DNA of 63,327 bases, the filler included, from Octopus bimaculoides (Eukaryota): assembly GCF_001194135.2 (NCBI RefSeq). It is 4 parts of 4 records of this genome, joined end to end, with 100 filler letters (N's around TTAATTAATTAA, not from the genome) between each part and the next. Parts side by side here need not be neighbours in the genome. Positions count along the whole stretch, not along the records: positions 38,103 to 60,560 come from NC_068986.1; positions 60,661 to 63,327 come from NC_068997.1; 2 more parts are not named here. One strand, 5' to 3'. The notes under the pieces are model-generated. The model saw nothing but the letters and a program-made list of their open reading frames with translations. It searched no databases and had not been told where the DNA came from. This document shows positions 50,180 to 63,327 of the stretch, one piece after another. Both the position numbers and the translations under genes were made by a program. How positions within the stretch are numbered: position 1 is the stretch's first letter; the number at the start of each line of letters is the position of its first letter.

Positions 50180-51528
50180 TATGGGCTTTCGTTGATTGAT
50201 ATAAACACGCGTCCGATTACTTATAAAGAACTAAATATAGTAGAAAAACCTAGAATCTTGTCATTCAACCTGATGTAATTTTTTACCTTTTTTTACTTGT
50301 AGAATGTTGAGTTGCCTTTTTTGTGCTGGTTTATCAGTTTTAGATTTGATACATTATTGGCACACTGCGTTTCACTCTGTTAATTCTACAGACTCTACAT
50401 TCACACCAGCTGTGCTTACTTGCTTTCTCTCTGATTACATTGCCAATTTTTCCTACGCAAACAATTTGATTAATATCACTTCTGATTTTACATTTCGCAA
50501 TGTTATTACAATTACAGCTAGATTGCTGCAGATATGTTTCATTAATGTGCAACGTCAATTTTCATCAAAAGTATTATTTATATTTTCCTCCGATGGCTTA
50601 GTGAGGAGGAAGGTGTAGTTACGATTACAATTAGAGGCCTTTCAAATAGAAGCAAGATGGAAGCATTTAAAGTATTTCCTACAGATATTTTACTTATATC
50701 ATTAATCAAGTGATATATGGGAATATTTTGGTGCAGAGAAAAAACATTCTAGATATTTGAGGTTAAGGGAGAAAAGGAATAGTGAAATAATATATGTGTC
50801 CTTTGGAATGTAACTGAGCTGTGAAACAGTAATTTCAACGAACGAAATACATACGAATAATAAGTTAAGTTTCAGATTGAGATGGTACGTGAGGAGGTAG
50901 TTCAGAGAAGCAGCTAAACTTTAGATCCAAAAACTGTAGTGAATTCATGAGTGAATATTTGCCAATCAGTCCGATGAATTTACCTAATTCAGTTATAATA
51001 AATATGGCTATAACAGCAGGTGTAGCCCCGATGCAGATATGTATTGTCAATTATTTTACCATATACATACATACATACATACATACATACATACATGCAT
51101 GCATGCATACATACATACATACATGCATGCATACATACATACATATATGTGTATATATATATATAGTGTATAGTGTATATATATATATATANNNNNNNNN
51201 NNNNNNNNNNNNNNNNNNNNNNNNNNNNNNNNNNNNNNNNNNNNNNNNNNNNNNNNNNNNNNNNNNNNNNNNNNNNNNNNNNNNNNNNNNNNNNNNNNNN
51301 NNNNNNNNNNNNNNNNNNNNNNNNNNNNNNNNNNNNNNNNNNNNNNNNNNNNNNNNNNNNNNNNNNNNNNNNNNNNNNNNNNNNNNNNNNNNNNNNNNNN
51401 NNNNNNNNNNNNNNNNNNNNNNNNNNNNNNNNNNNNNNNNNNNNNNNNNNNNNNNNNNNNNNNNNNNNNNNNNNNNNNNNNNNNNNNNNNNNNNNNNNNN
51501 NNNNNNNNNNNNNNNNNNNNNNNNNNNN

Positions 51529-51575
<47 letters not shown>

Positions 51576-53164
51576 GTATATGTGTTTGTGTGTGCATATA
51601 TATACATATACACACAAACACACACTTAGCTATGCACTGTATGTACGTTGTTTTCCTGCAAAATTATAAGATATTAAAGAGAACATTTATTGTACTCTTG
51701 CTGTGCTGGTTTTTATAATTATTAGCTTCTTCTGGTTATTTTTCTTCATAGATTCTGTGATCTGTGTTCCATCGAGTTGCTGTAACAGCAGCTAAACTTC
51801 AAACAACACATTACTGTCTTCAAACGAAAAGAGCTCTGTTGATAATGGCGTCCTAGGTCCACTGTATGAATAAAGAATGGGATAGTCACAGTTGAATGGA
51901 GTATATCCTCTAAATATTTGTTTGATGTATTTAATCATTCTAAATGCATACTGTTCTTAGTATAAGCAAGGCTGTCCTGAAGTGGACATGTTCCTACTTA
52001 CCAAAACTCTGGATAAGAGAAATTGGCATAGATGAGGTATCGTGCATACTAAATGCAAATATGGCCGGGTCTCCCAGCTTCAAAATACTGATGTGAGAAC
52101 TTCTGATTAATTGAAATTATGCAAGCAATTTCTTGTTCGAAACTTCCTCAAGATGTGCTTAAATATAACCAAAAATATAACAAAAAAGCTTCGGAAATAA
52201 GTCAAACAATTGGAAAATATAAACAGTACAAGTTTAATGGAACTGGTTCGTTCACATGTAAGCACACACACACACACACACACACACNNNNNNNNNNNNN
52301 NNNNNNNNNNNNNNNNNNNNNNNNNNNNNNNNNNNNNNNNNNNNNNNNNNNNNNNNNNNNNNNNNNNNNNNNNNNNNNNNNNNNNNNNNNNNNNNNNNNN
52401 NNNNNNNNNNNNNNNNNNNNNNNNNNNNNNNNNNNNNNNNNNNNNNNNNNNNNNNNNNNNNNNNNNNNNNNNNNNNNNNNNNNNNNNNNNNNNNNNNNNN
52501 NNNNNNNNNNNNNNNNNNNNNNNNNNNNNNNNNNNNNNNNNNNNNNNNNNNNNNNNNNNNNNNNNNNNNNNNNNNNNNNNNNNNNNNNNNNNNNNNNNNN
52601 NNNNNNNNNNNNNNNNNNNNNNNNNNNNNNNNNNNNNNNNNNNNNNNNNNNNNNNNNNNNNNNNNNNNNNNNNNNNNNNNNNNNNNNNNNNNNNNNNNNN
52701 NNNNNNNNNNNNNNNNNNNNNNNNNNNNNNNNNNNNNNNNNNATATATATATATATATATACTCGCACATATGCACTGCCGGCGTTTGTGTGCTTGTTAT
52801 GTAGGACCAGGTGCCTTCTTTCAGAATTTCGCATATAGGATATTTTAGCTTAAAAATTTAATTATATTCGATATTCACTGTAGTTTTACGTTTAAAAAAA
52901 ATACCAACAGGCTAACAAGTATGTTGGCAATTTATTTCATTAAGACCGCCTAATCTTTTATGAACTTGAAGTGTTTTCCATGAAAGTAGGACGCGTTTTG
53001 GTATGAAATGCTGGTGTTTTATAGAATCCGTTTTATGAAAGATAATGTTGGAAGTATGCTTTCGCCAACATAGATAATATAAAAAACAAAATGCAAAACA
53101 AAAATGGTAAACATATAATAATTACAATTTAACTCTGTGATGGTGAGCTGCTTTGTGGTTTTTA

Positions 53165-53450
53165 TTCTTTTACTTTATTCTTTTATTTGTTTCAGACATT
53201 TGACTGCGGCTATGCTGGAGCATCACCTTTAGTCGAGCAAACCGACCCCATGACTTATTCTTTGTAAGCCTAGTGCTTATTCTATCGGTATCTTTTGTCG
53301 AACCGCTAAGTGACGGGGACATAAACACACCAGCATCGGTTGTCAAGCAATGTTAGGGGGACAAACACAGACACACAAACATACACACACACACATATAA
53401 ATATACATATATACGACGGGCTTCTTTCAGTTTCCGTCTACCAAATCCAC
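53165..53450 (-). mobile_element. SINE-A, 5'-truncated
   Basis: High similarity to the 4125 copy; CpGs retained. Confidence 0.9.
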
Positions 53451-54227
53451 ATATTTTCGTTAGTGTGACTTCCAGTAAAGTTCATATGTTTGTCGAATAC
53501 CCAGTCGAATATAGATTAATTTCAAATGCAGGAACATTAATTTATATCAGCTCTGTTCCGATGTTGTCTTAGTTGAATGCAAACGAATTAGAGGTAAACT
53601 TTCCATCACAAATTCCAAAGCGACTCTCACAACTCTGCCTACCCATATAATAATTCAAATATTTCATGTAAGCAGCAAGCCTCTCGCTTGATTTTTATCT
53701 GTCGGCATGCATATAGGATCATCATACTAAAACTATCTATCTAACTTATTAAAGATCCTCACAAGTGTTTGATTAGCACAAATTATTTACTTCATTTTCG
53801 TGAGGTTTGGGATCTCTACCATTGGATGTAAACACCATGCTTTCGTGATCTCTCAGATGGCATTTGCCATAAGTGAAGATCATTAACCATTATAGAAGGA
53901 ACGAAAAATAATAGCAAGCTGTTCAAGGAGTCAAATATGAATATAATACAATAGAAACCTCAATTCTTAACAAATCCTCAAATATAATGGTGGGTCATCC
54001 GTCGGTTTTGACGATGAAAACTTAGTTGTTTGATTATCTGAACTTTTTTACATGTGAAATTAATGTGTAATCGGCTGAGTATTATTAATACACATACACA
54101 CACACACACGCACACACGCACACACACATGCACACACACACGCGCACACGTCTAAGTCATGAATCATTGCAACTCTGTGACATGATCCTTTAAATTACAA
54201 GTACAATTCAGAGAGGAAGGAAGCCAG

Positions 54228-54263
54228 AGAGAGAGAGAGAGAGAGAGTGCGGGAAAGAAAGAT

Positions 54264-54342
<79 letters not shown>

Positions 54343-54390
54343 AAGAAAAAGAGAGTGAGAAAGAGATAATGAATGAGAGAGAGAGACAGA
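54228..54390. repeat. (GA)n microsatellite
   Basis: Seen directly. Confidence 0.93.
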
Positions 54391-55629
54391 GAACTACCGC
54401 CTAGTTATAGACAGTTGCTTTGTTTATCGACTTCCTAAACTACGAATGACAAAAATTGTTTCGGCAGCATTTGAAATTAATACGCTAGGAGACGGATCAA
54501 AGAAAACAAGTTATTCTGATTTGAACATAAAGTCAAAGTAAAGTGACCAAGTACTTCTATGTCATTTAACCGTTCATGCTATATTTCTTATGTTAGTTTA
54601 GTTTTGATTTTGTGTACATTAAAAGCATTATTTAGTCATAAAATTTTCAGCAAAAATTTTCAGTCGGTTCTAGTGACTCTGCCAAGAGGCTATCCACTTA
54701 ATTCAAGCATTACTTGTTGTACGCAGCAGACGCCTGGTGTCACTGGTTTTTATGAAAGATCTGAAGGAATTTACATAGAAACATTATGCTTTACCAAAGT
54801 TTGAGACAAGCCTGCGAAACGAAATCAAACCTATAAAGAGTCTCTATTTAGTCGAACATCCTGCTAGAAATAGCAAGTGCACACATTCTACAAATTCTTC
54901 ACCACTGGCTTACAAGACTACAGGAACACATTGAATAAAATAGTCTTCGATATTTAATACCTGAAATCTATACAAAAGAGTAATGACTGGAACGTCTGTG
55001 GCAATAGACCTGCTTAATCGGGGTTAAAATTAGGCTAAATAACAATAACATCATCAATAACAACAACAACAACCAAGACAAAAAAATTTAATAATATTGC
55101 TGATATTTAATTAAGTTTGGTGGAATTAAAATTCGAATGTTTCAGCTACATTCAAATATATTTGATGTTATCTAAATGTTCCATTAGCGACAGCTTCCTT
55201 GGGTTCAATGGATCGAATTGACAAAAGAAATTAGGAATATATGAAGGCAATGTTTAAAGAGAATCATTACGTTAATCAGAAGTACTGTTTGTTTCGTTTC
55301 GTCTGAAATACGCCTGGAGAATAATAATTAGTATTTAAGAAGGCTGTCTAATTTTCTTATAGTATTGATGGATGCGTGTAATTGTGTATGTGCGATGATG
55401 CCTGCCCGCGTGTGTGTGTATGTTATACATCAATTTGGTATCTGTGTCGGAAATTTGCTTTCAGTGCAGATAAAATTGAAAAATTTGGAGTGATGGATTA
55501 AATGTCTTAATGTAATCTGTTGTTTTCTTCTAGTTTTAGGTTCAAATCTTCTTTGGAGGACTTTACGCACGGAATTTATTCGACTACCAGTTCAACATGT
55601 TTTTTAGTATTTCAAGCTGGAATTAATAG

Positions 55630-56785
55630 TTCAGGCAAATTAGATACGGAAATCGTTTATTCATCGAAACATATCCCATCATATCCTATTGTCTGTTGGC
55701 ATCATCGTGCAAGAAGCTCAGTTCCACGCTTACAACATTTAACTGGTTTAGAGGTAGAAAAACTCCCTGCACCCATTTTCAACCTCATCTACATTGGTGA
55801 ACCTCCGTGCATGCAGGTAAGTTTAGACAGCTCTACCAGCTCCTCAAGTTCAAGTTTGCGATTGGTACTATTGGAAATTTGTGCTTGGGCATTGTCATAC
55901 TGTACGAGCATGCATTTTGATAGACCCCTGCTAGGTAGCGGGCCCTCAAACTAACATATGCTTACTGAAGTTGTTGGACAGGCTACCGTTCACAGCATGA
56001 CCATTTAATACAAGCTCAAAAAACCACACTCACTCGAAATACCACAAAACCCACAACATGACTGTGTTTAAAACCAACCTTTTCTGACAACAGTTTCTGG
56101 AGCCTGGCCGCAAAGAATCCACTGCTGTCTCTTATTAGGATTACGAAAATAGATCCATGTTTCATTCCCAGTTACTACTTGACGCCCAAAGCGAGCATCT
56201 CGAGGATTTTTTAACAATTGTTTTCAAACGTTCATACATCGTTGAAGTTGTTCATTGGTCTGTTCGTGAGGAACTTCTCGACAGTATCAGCTTACAAGGC
56301 CGAGCTTGTGGGGTTGTCAATTGATAGAACTTCGTGAAGGGCCACGTTCTGTCGACAATGTATAAGTGCACCTGGCTGTTGTTCAACCATTTCAAGCAAG
56401 GCGTCATCTTCCACAACAGATCTCCCCGACATTAATTTGTCTTTGAAGCCATGTCACCTTCCTCGCAGCGTCTGAACCAGTTTTGAGCCATACGTTCGTT
56501 GACAGGTCCTGGGTCTTCTACATCATGAATTTATTTTGCCATTGCGTATGCTCTCCGTCCTGTTTGTACAAGTAGCATAAGATGGCTCTAATTTCAAATT
56601 TTTCGGCACTTATTATCAAAGTTGTAAAATAAAAAAATAAACAGTTAATGTTTATGTGTTATATATGAAAATAACGAATAAACAATTCAGCGACAACTAG
56701 AAAGTTATGTCAAATCAATGAGATAACTTGGAGACACACGTTGCCAAAAATAAACAGTGAAAAAAAAAACGATTTCTGAATCAAT
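55630..56785 (-). mobile_element. second mariner relic with internal deletion
   Basis: AQNWFRR.EEGD, REVPHE, VVTGNETWIYF, QYDNAQ, RRFTNVDEVENGCREFF..GICFDE*; shared GAAATCGTT near both ends. Confidence 0.85.
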
Positions 56786-56945
56786 CTGCTATATTGGTCC
56801 TCATCAGGTTGGTAATCCTGAAGTAAGAAATAATTAGTTATCCAAACTGTTCTCAATAGAATAAGAAGTGCACCAGATAAAATTATTCACCATAGGAAGG
56901 AATTTCAACCATGTTTCATGGTCTGCTACCACAACAGCTCCTTTA

Positions 56946-57360
56946 TAGGATCCAGTTAGCTCAAGACATCATCAGGAGGAACCACGTCCGGTTTCGGCCC
57001 TACTCCTCTACCGTTTTGACGTGGCGGGGCCCCTCCTTTCGGAGGTGTCTTCAACTCTGGTGTTGGATGCATGTCTTCTTTCACTGTTTGTGACTGTTCT
57101 AATTCAACTGTGGAATGTCCCTCGCTATGGTTATTTTCCAGGCGGTTCTGGCCACACGTCTTACGGTTCATGAACCCGCGTTGTTGAATTACTTTCTTTT
57201 GACATACCTTCCCTTGGTGGATTAGGATCCAGTTAGTTCAAGACATCATCAGGAGGAACCACGTCCGGTTTCGGCCCCTATTCCTCTACCGTTTTGACGT
57301 GGTGGGGCCCCCCCTTTCGAAGGTGTCTTCAGCTCTGGTGTTGGGTGCATGTCTTCTTTC
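56946..57360. repeat. 137/138-bp direct repeats around a 140-bp spacer
   Basis: 56946-57082 versus 57223-57360, highly similar and GC-richer than the surroundings. Confidence 0.93.
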
Positions 57361-57449
57361 TTCTATTCCCTGGCCTCTTCGATGCAGCATCAACGAGAGT
57401 CAGCGTCCGTATACTCCAGTCACGATATTTACTTCAGTTTGTTTAGGTA

Positions 57450-59890
57450 AACATAGGCATGCTATATTTTTATAGTTTCTCTCTATTTCCACCATTGAGC
57501 TTGTTTTAAAAGTCGATGAGAAATACATTGCACAGTTCATCTATGTGCCTTATTTCCATGTCAGAATAAATCTGTTCTGCTCAATGCTTGCAATGCTTGA
57601 AATCTTCAGTAATGTCAGCGCGAAAGCTGAAGCGAATTGGCTGGCTCACACCATTTTAACAGTATGTCGAAAAGGATCATGAGATTATTTACTTATAGAA
57701 CGCTTTAAAATACTGCACTCTGCTGGATGCCATGCCCCAATAATCCAGGCTTCCTTCTCTGGAGGTGTTGTAAACTTTGTCATGGGTGTTTGAAAGAACT
57801 TGAAATGAAATTGGATCTGGCAATTCAAAGAGAGGACACTGCAAAAAAAAAAAATAAATAAAATATCGTGACTGGAGTATACAATATACACTTTTTAAAT
57901 AGAACTATTAAAATCTGTTAGCTTGCTTTTAATGAGGGGACATTGTTTACCCTATCTCCATAGATTGTGGCTCTTTATCTAGGAGGATGGCAGTTCACGG
58001 AGCAAAAAGATCTCTGCAGGTGATCACACTGGCACAACTTTGAAAAGTGCTGTGTTGTGCCCCTCAGATATTAAGTTAACTGTGTAGCAGCTTTTGTATG
58101 AAAGTAAATCTGATGAAAGTTGGAGCATCTTTCATGAATGAGGAAAAAAACGGAAAAAAGCTTCATAACTCTTAATTTATAGTCGTAGTTGGAACTGTGT
58201 AACCCTATAGTAGCTGTTTGCTTCGTCAGAGAAAACATTACAGCATCTGATCTTGTTTTTAACATAATTGATTTGAAAAGATATTTGATGAACCATATTG
58301 AATTAGAGAATTCATAATTTTAGGTCAGGATTGAGCAGTAGGGAATTACCCATTCGTTGTTAATTTTGTACTGATTAATCAAGATTTGGAAACATCTATC
58401 CTCTGGTGTTTTTCTTCTGTATGAGATTAACCTCAAAAGTCATGAAATCCCTTTGATGTATTTGTTATTTTTCATGTGAGGTGAATTTTTGCTGAGGCAT
58501 CACATGGACCATGAACCATCAGAATTTTAACAATACTGAAGATCACTTTCTCCATGCTCGGATCTTCAAGATCTGCTGATATGATAGTGTCAGTTAGATC
58601 ATGAATATGGCAAGCTCTGTAACAACTGTTCACTCTAGCTATTTGGCATGTATTAATCAAATCTGTAAGCTTTCTCAGCTTTAAGTTGAAGATCCTGACT
58701 GTGAGATCATGTAAGTGAATTTACTTTTGACTTGGAACGATATAATTTCTTTTAGCTTGAATTTACAGCTTAAATAACGAAGAATTCTGTAGGGTGAAAA
58801 TGATACATGTATTTATCTGTATTCTGTGTGCGCTTGTGTTAGAATTGAGGGCTTCCAGTAAAACTTGACGGGTGAATGCAAAGTTGAAGAATGTTGTAAT
58901 CCAGTTACATCATTATTGGTTGCATATAACAAATGCATATAAGAGTCTGCATTGAAATCTTGTTGGCGAGTTCTAACGTAGAACAATTTCTCAAACTGCA
59001 TATGACTTCATCTTAGCAGCGGATACGTTTACAATCTCATCTACTGTAAACTGTTGGATGAGATTTTAACTCCGATACAACAGGAGTCATCATATGAAAG
59101 GTGGAGTAATTCATGCACGATACGGTGTGAGAAGGTTTTGATTAATCTACAATATTTAAAGTACAGCAATCCCACGACTATCGCAAGTGTTGCGTTCCAA
59201 AACCCGCCGCAATAGACGAACATCCGTAGAAGAAGTACTGTATGTTTTTTATTATCATTTTTACAATTTGTATATATTTATTTCATTATAAATGCAAAAG
59301 AACTCCACACACTCGCCTCCGGAGTTTCGATTTCCATACACTATATGCGATTCTTTGTTAACTCATTTACGGCACATTACGTATTTTCTTTTAATATATT
59401 TTACTTAATTTGTTATACAACGCAGTACTGTATTTTTATTTATTAATATTTCAACTTTTAGGCGTGAAAATGCTTATTTTACCACAGAAATAGCCAAAAT
59501 CTAAAAAAAATATAAATACTTATCGGCCTCAGAAACCCGTGATACATCGAGGAGTCGACGATATAAATTTACATATATTAGCCAGAAAAATCCGTGATGT
59601 ACTGAGGACACGATAGGTGAACCGCGATATGGCGAGTGATTACTGTAAAGAAGAGTATATTGCAGTGGATTATAAGATATATGTGCTTCATGTATATGTT
59701 TGACAGAAAACTTTAGTATTCAGAATAGAATCTCTTTTGCTCCGTGGCCCTCAAGTTATCATAACAACAACAATATACATCATTTACAAAGGGCCTTTTG
59801 TATTTCTCATTCAAACTTAAATCTCCAGGATGTGTCCAGACGCCAATGTGTGTATAAACTTCTGACGAGACTGTTCTTTGCATGAAGTAT
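57450..59890 (-). mobile_element. Helitron RepHel relic (Rep domain region)
   Basis: HISYNPLQY, KLFYVRTRQ..ADSYMHL, HDLTVRIFNLKL, IISADLEDP..LMVHGPC, INNEWVIPY, FIKYLFK, IHER and LFELPDPISF match Helitron Rep motifs in order. Confidence 0.85.
59162..59647. mobile_element. Tigger/pogo-like MITE nested in the Helitron
   Basis: TA-flanked TIRs TACAGCAATCCCACGACTATCGC / GCGATATGGCGAGTGATTACTGTA; Helitron reading resumes on both sides. Confidence 0.8.
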
Positions 59891-60560
59891 ACCTCTATCA
59901 TTTCAGTTTTCGTTTTCTCTCTATTATTTCTCTAATATTTTCGTACATCCATATCTTTTTGCTCAGGAATTAGACATATATGTGCAAACCCACTCGTACC
60001 TTTCTACTACTTTGCAATTTTATATGTATTCAAAATAACATTTCTTCATTTTTCTGAAGTTAAAATAGCGATTGTATTAATGTGTGAAGCGCTAATTAAA
60101 TAGAAAGCTACATACAACATTTGACATTGCGTTTAAATTAATTAAAGTGAATTGAAAAGGAACGAAAAGTAATAGTAGACGGTGCTAGAGATTGCCGAAG
60201 GGAAGTGAAGGAGAGTAATGTTATAAGAGAATGGCAGTAAGAGAAGTTAAAAGGTTACAGAAACGGAAAAGGATAAGAGAAGCTAAAAACATGAAAAGCA
60301 AGAGAAAAGTGGAAAGGTGAAAGAAATGTTTATAGTATTAAAGTAGAAAAGATAAACAAAACACACACACACACACACACACACAGACACACACACACAC
60401 AAACTTCTACAGCTGTTGGGCAAAAGCGAAAACCACTTGAAAGCATGCATTATGCTTTCAATAATAGCTTTTTGTGTCTATAAGCCAGAACAGAAATAGT
60501 CACCATTCCGATTGTCCCGCCCTCGACCAGTTGGAGATGGAGAGAGAGAGAGAGAGAGAG

Positions 60561-60660
60561 NNNNNNNNNNNNNNNNNNNNNNNNNNNNNNNNNNNNNNNN
60601 NNNNTTAATTAATTAANNNNNNNNNNNNNNNNNNNNNNNNNNNNNNNNNNNNNNNNNNNN
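60561..60660. other. assembly spacer 44N-TTAATTAATTAA-44N
   Basis: As at 18333. Confidence 0.97.
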
Positions 60661-60804
60661 AGCCAAGCCAAGACATACCACTCTATACCACGCTGCATTA
60701 CAACCTATAAAATAGTGTACCGGCTTGGTCGGTTCAGCAATCGTAGAGATTTTTTTAATTTGCTAAAGAACATATATATCATATTGTTCTTGTTGTTGCT
60801 ATTA

Positions 60805-60850
<46 letters not shown>

Positions 60851-60987
60851 GTTATTATTGTCGTTATCTCTACTTGTATTCGTTCCCTGCAGATGCTATC
60901 TCGCCCTTTAACCTGATCACATATTTTACACAACCATAATATTGCTCTTCGTTCTTCTATTTATTTATCCGTTTGTTTAACACACGC

Positions 60988-61067
<80 letters not shown>

Positions 61068-61429
61068 CACGGTACTGTGATGCGCTAAAGTATATAATCT
61101 CGTTAGACACATATATATATATATATACACACACGCGTTCAAAAATTATATATATATTTGTAGTATGTGTGTGTATATTTGTATGTGTGTGTGTTTGTGT
61201 GTTTGTGTGTGTGAGTGTGTGCGCGTTCATGCGTATAGACAATTCGCATCCAAAAGAAACGAAACAGATGTTATCAAATGTATGTGTGTGTATATTACAT
61301 ATTTATATACATTTATTAACATATGCATGTATATATTTGTATACACTATATACATATGTATATGTAAATATATATATATGATTGAATATATGTATATATA
61401 TGTATATATATATATGTGTATATATATAA

Positions 61430-61472
<43 letters not shown>

Positions 61473-61700
61473 TGTATGTATGTATATATATATATATGTG
61501 TGTGTATGTATATATGTATATATGCGTATGTGCATATAGATATATGCATATATATACACACACACGCACACATACACACACACACACACACACATACGCA
61601 ACCCCACACACACGCAAACCCCCCCACACTCANNNNNNNNNNCACATACGCAACCCCACACACACGCAAACCCCCCCACACTCATATATAGACATACATA

Positions 61701-62557
61701 TACAGGCTGCGATGGGTAAATCGTCGCCAAATTATTTTTTAATTTCATGCATGCCCATTGTTTGTTTTGGATTTTGTCGACAATAGAGTATGGTAGGGTG
61801 CGTTGGGCACCTTTCTGAGAAAAACATCTCCATGACGCAATTCATTCTGCCAGAAATTTGGAAACGATATGCTGTACTGCTCCATATTCGGGCCGGATCT
61901 GCAATACGCACAGATGGAGAACACACAGAACAAATGTTGGCTTGCCGTATCCCCAAAACATGTACTGATAGTGATAAAAATCAAACATCCAGTCAACATC
62001 ATGCTGGTTGGAGCGATCACTAGTGATGGCGACGTTATGCCTCCATTCATCTTCCCATCAAGTGCCTGGAAGAGGTAGTGCTGCCCTGGATCAAGAGAGT
62101 GGCTGCTAGAAGACCCTATGTCTGACAACAGGACTCTGCATCATTCCACACAAGCAGGAGAACCCAGTCATGGCTGTCAGACAATTTATGCGACCACATC
62201 ACCCATAACGTCTGGCCAAATAACCCCACACTGCAACCCACTTGGCTATTATGCGTGGGGTACAGTTGACCGTGAGACCAACAAAACTTCTCATAAAAAG
62301 AAAGATGACCTGAAGGCAAGTATTATAGCAGTATTCACCACCTTAAACAAGAAGACCGTCCAGAAGTGTTGCAGGAGATTCTGAAGTCGTCTGGAAGCCG
62401 TGGTTGAAGCCAACGACGATTTTATTGAATAAATTTTCTCTTTAGTATTTCAAGATATTTTAATGTAATTTTGGTAAATATATCTGTTAAAATGTCATGT
62501 CAGTTTTATTTTTATTTTCGCGTAACTTAGTCAACAGTTAACTCACTACACTTTATA
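61701..62557 (+). mobile_element. internally deleted Tc1/mariner-superfamily element, DD37D (maT)-like
   Basis: KHPVNIML.GAITSDGDVMPPFIF, QQDSA, NVWP..PHCNPLGYYAWG, CRRF*SRLEAVVEA; decayed TIRs. Confidence 0.8.
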
Positions 62558-62569
62558 TATATACTCGCA

Positions 62570-62701
62570 GACATGCTTTCCAAATATATGGTTCCTGATT
62601 CAGTCGCACTGCGTAGCATCTTAGGCTAGTGTCTTCTATTATATCTTTGGGCCGACGAAAACCTTGCAAATGGATTTGATAGAGAGAAAATGAAAGCTCT
62701 T

Positions 62702-62735
<34 letters not shown>
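62570..62735 (+). mobile_element. SINE-A 5' half, decayed
   Basis: GATTCAGTCGCACTGCG..GTGTCTTCTATTATA..GGGCCGAC. Confidence 0.7.
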
Positions 62736-62747
<12 letters not shown>

Positions 62748-63327
62748 AGTGAGCGTGCTTCTATGAGTGTGTGTGTTTGTGAGCGTATGTGTGTATCTTG
62801 GTGTCTCTGTTTATCCGACAACACTGTTTCATAAGTAGAATAAATACGAGGCTTATAGAAATACGAGGATAAAGAAACATCACCATAAACTGCACATATT
62901 TCTTTAGTTGCTTGTGAGGCATTTTTCCTTTACTGAAAAAGAAAAGCATCAAGTGCCAAAAATGAACTTTCGTATCTTCCACTTTAAAGGGTTACAGAAT
63001 TAACACAGGTTATAGGAACATAAACCTTCTTCCACGAAAAGATAGCTTAAACTGTGCTCTAAATGGAGGTGTAGTCAAATCTTATTTTATGGACACAACT
63101 ATGTCCTAAAATAAGTCGAAAGGTAAGCTACTATAAATCAGCACGAACTTTCCTGATAATCCAATAACTCTCAAATACAATACTGTGATCGTAAAACAAT
63201 AATACTAAGGAATAAACCAACTACCTATATTAAGGATAAAACTATTCAGCCACAGACAGTCCAAACAAAGAATTTTATACACTGACACACAGAGATACAG
63301 ACAGACAGACAGACAGGCACAAAAACA

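Noticed and set aside
55520-55954. 144-aa ORF with AG acceptor and CAG|GTAAGT donor, resembling a host exon
   Set aside because: It is antisense to a mariner transposase C-terminus (RRFTNVDEVENGCREFF...FDE*).
56946-57360. Canonical hammerhead or LTR call for the direct repeats
   Set aside because: CTGATGA is not followed by helix II and GAAA; there are no TG..CA termini, PBS or TSD.

Overview
This is a very AT-rich, microsatellite-dense and gap-ridden animal genomic window. Its SINE families and (TA)/(CA)/(GA)/(TAA) microsatellite load point to an octopus-type cephalopod (inference, not checked). No intact protein-coding gene, rRNA, true tRNA or CRISPR array is supportable, and nearly all long ORFs in the track are microsatellite, N-gap or antisense-to-transposon artefacts. 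The window is a graveyard of mobile elements: at least four tRNA-derived SINE families (often nested), LINE relics (R4/Dong-like, Tx1/L1-like, RTE, HERO/NeSL-like), two Penelope-like elements with GIY-YIG motifs, several Tc1/mariner relics (one about 1.3 kb and full length), a DD37D-type relic, a roughly 2.4 kb Helitron RepHel relic and MITEs. The best lead is a small 154-bp fold-back element at 24231-24384 whose loop is almost exactly a minimal Penelope-type hammerhead ribozyme. A second, variant hammerhead lies at about 37875-37910, and a 29-bp minisatellite resembles the ribozyme's 3' half. A CpG-depleted domain at about 21.6-38.0 kb suggests a methylated host gene body and contains candidate exons. 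There are also two unidentified decayed coding-like stretches. Three 44N-TTAATTAATTAA-44N blocks are assembly spacers.
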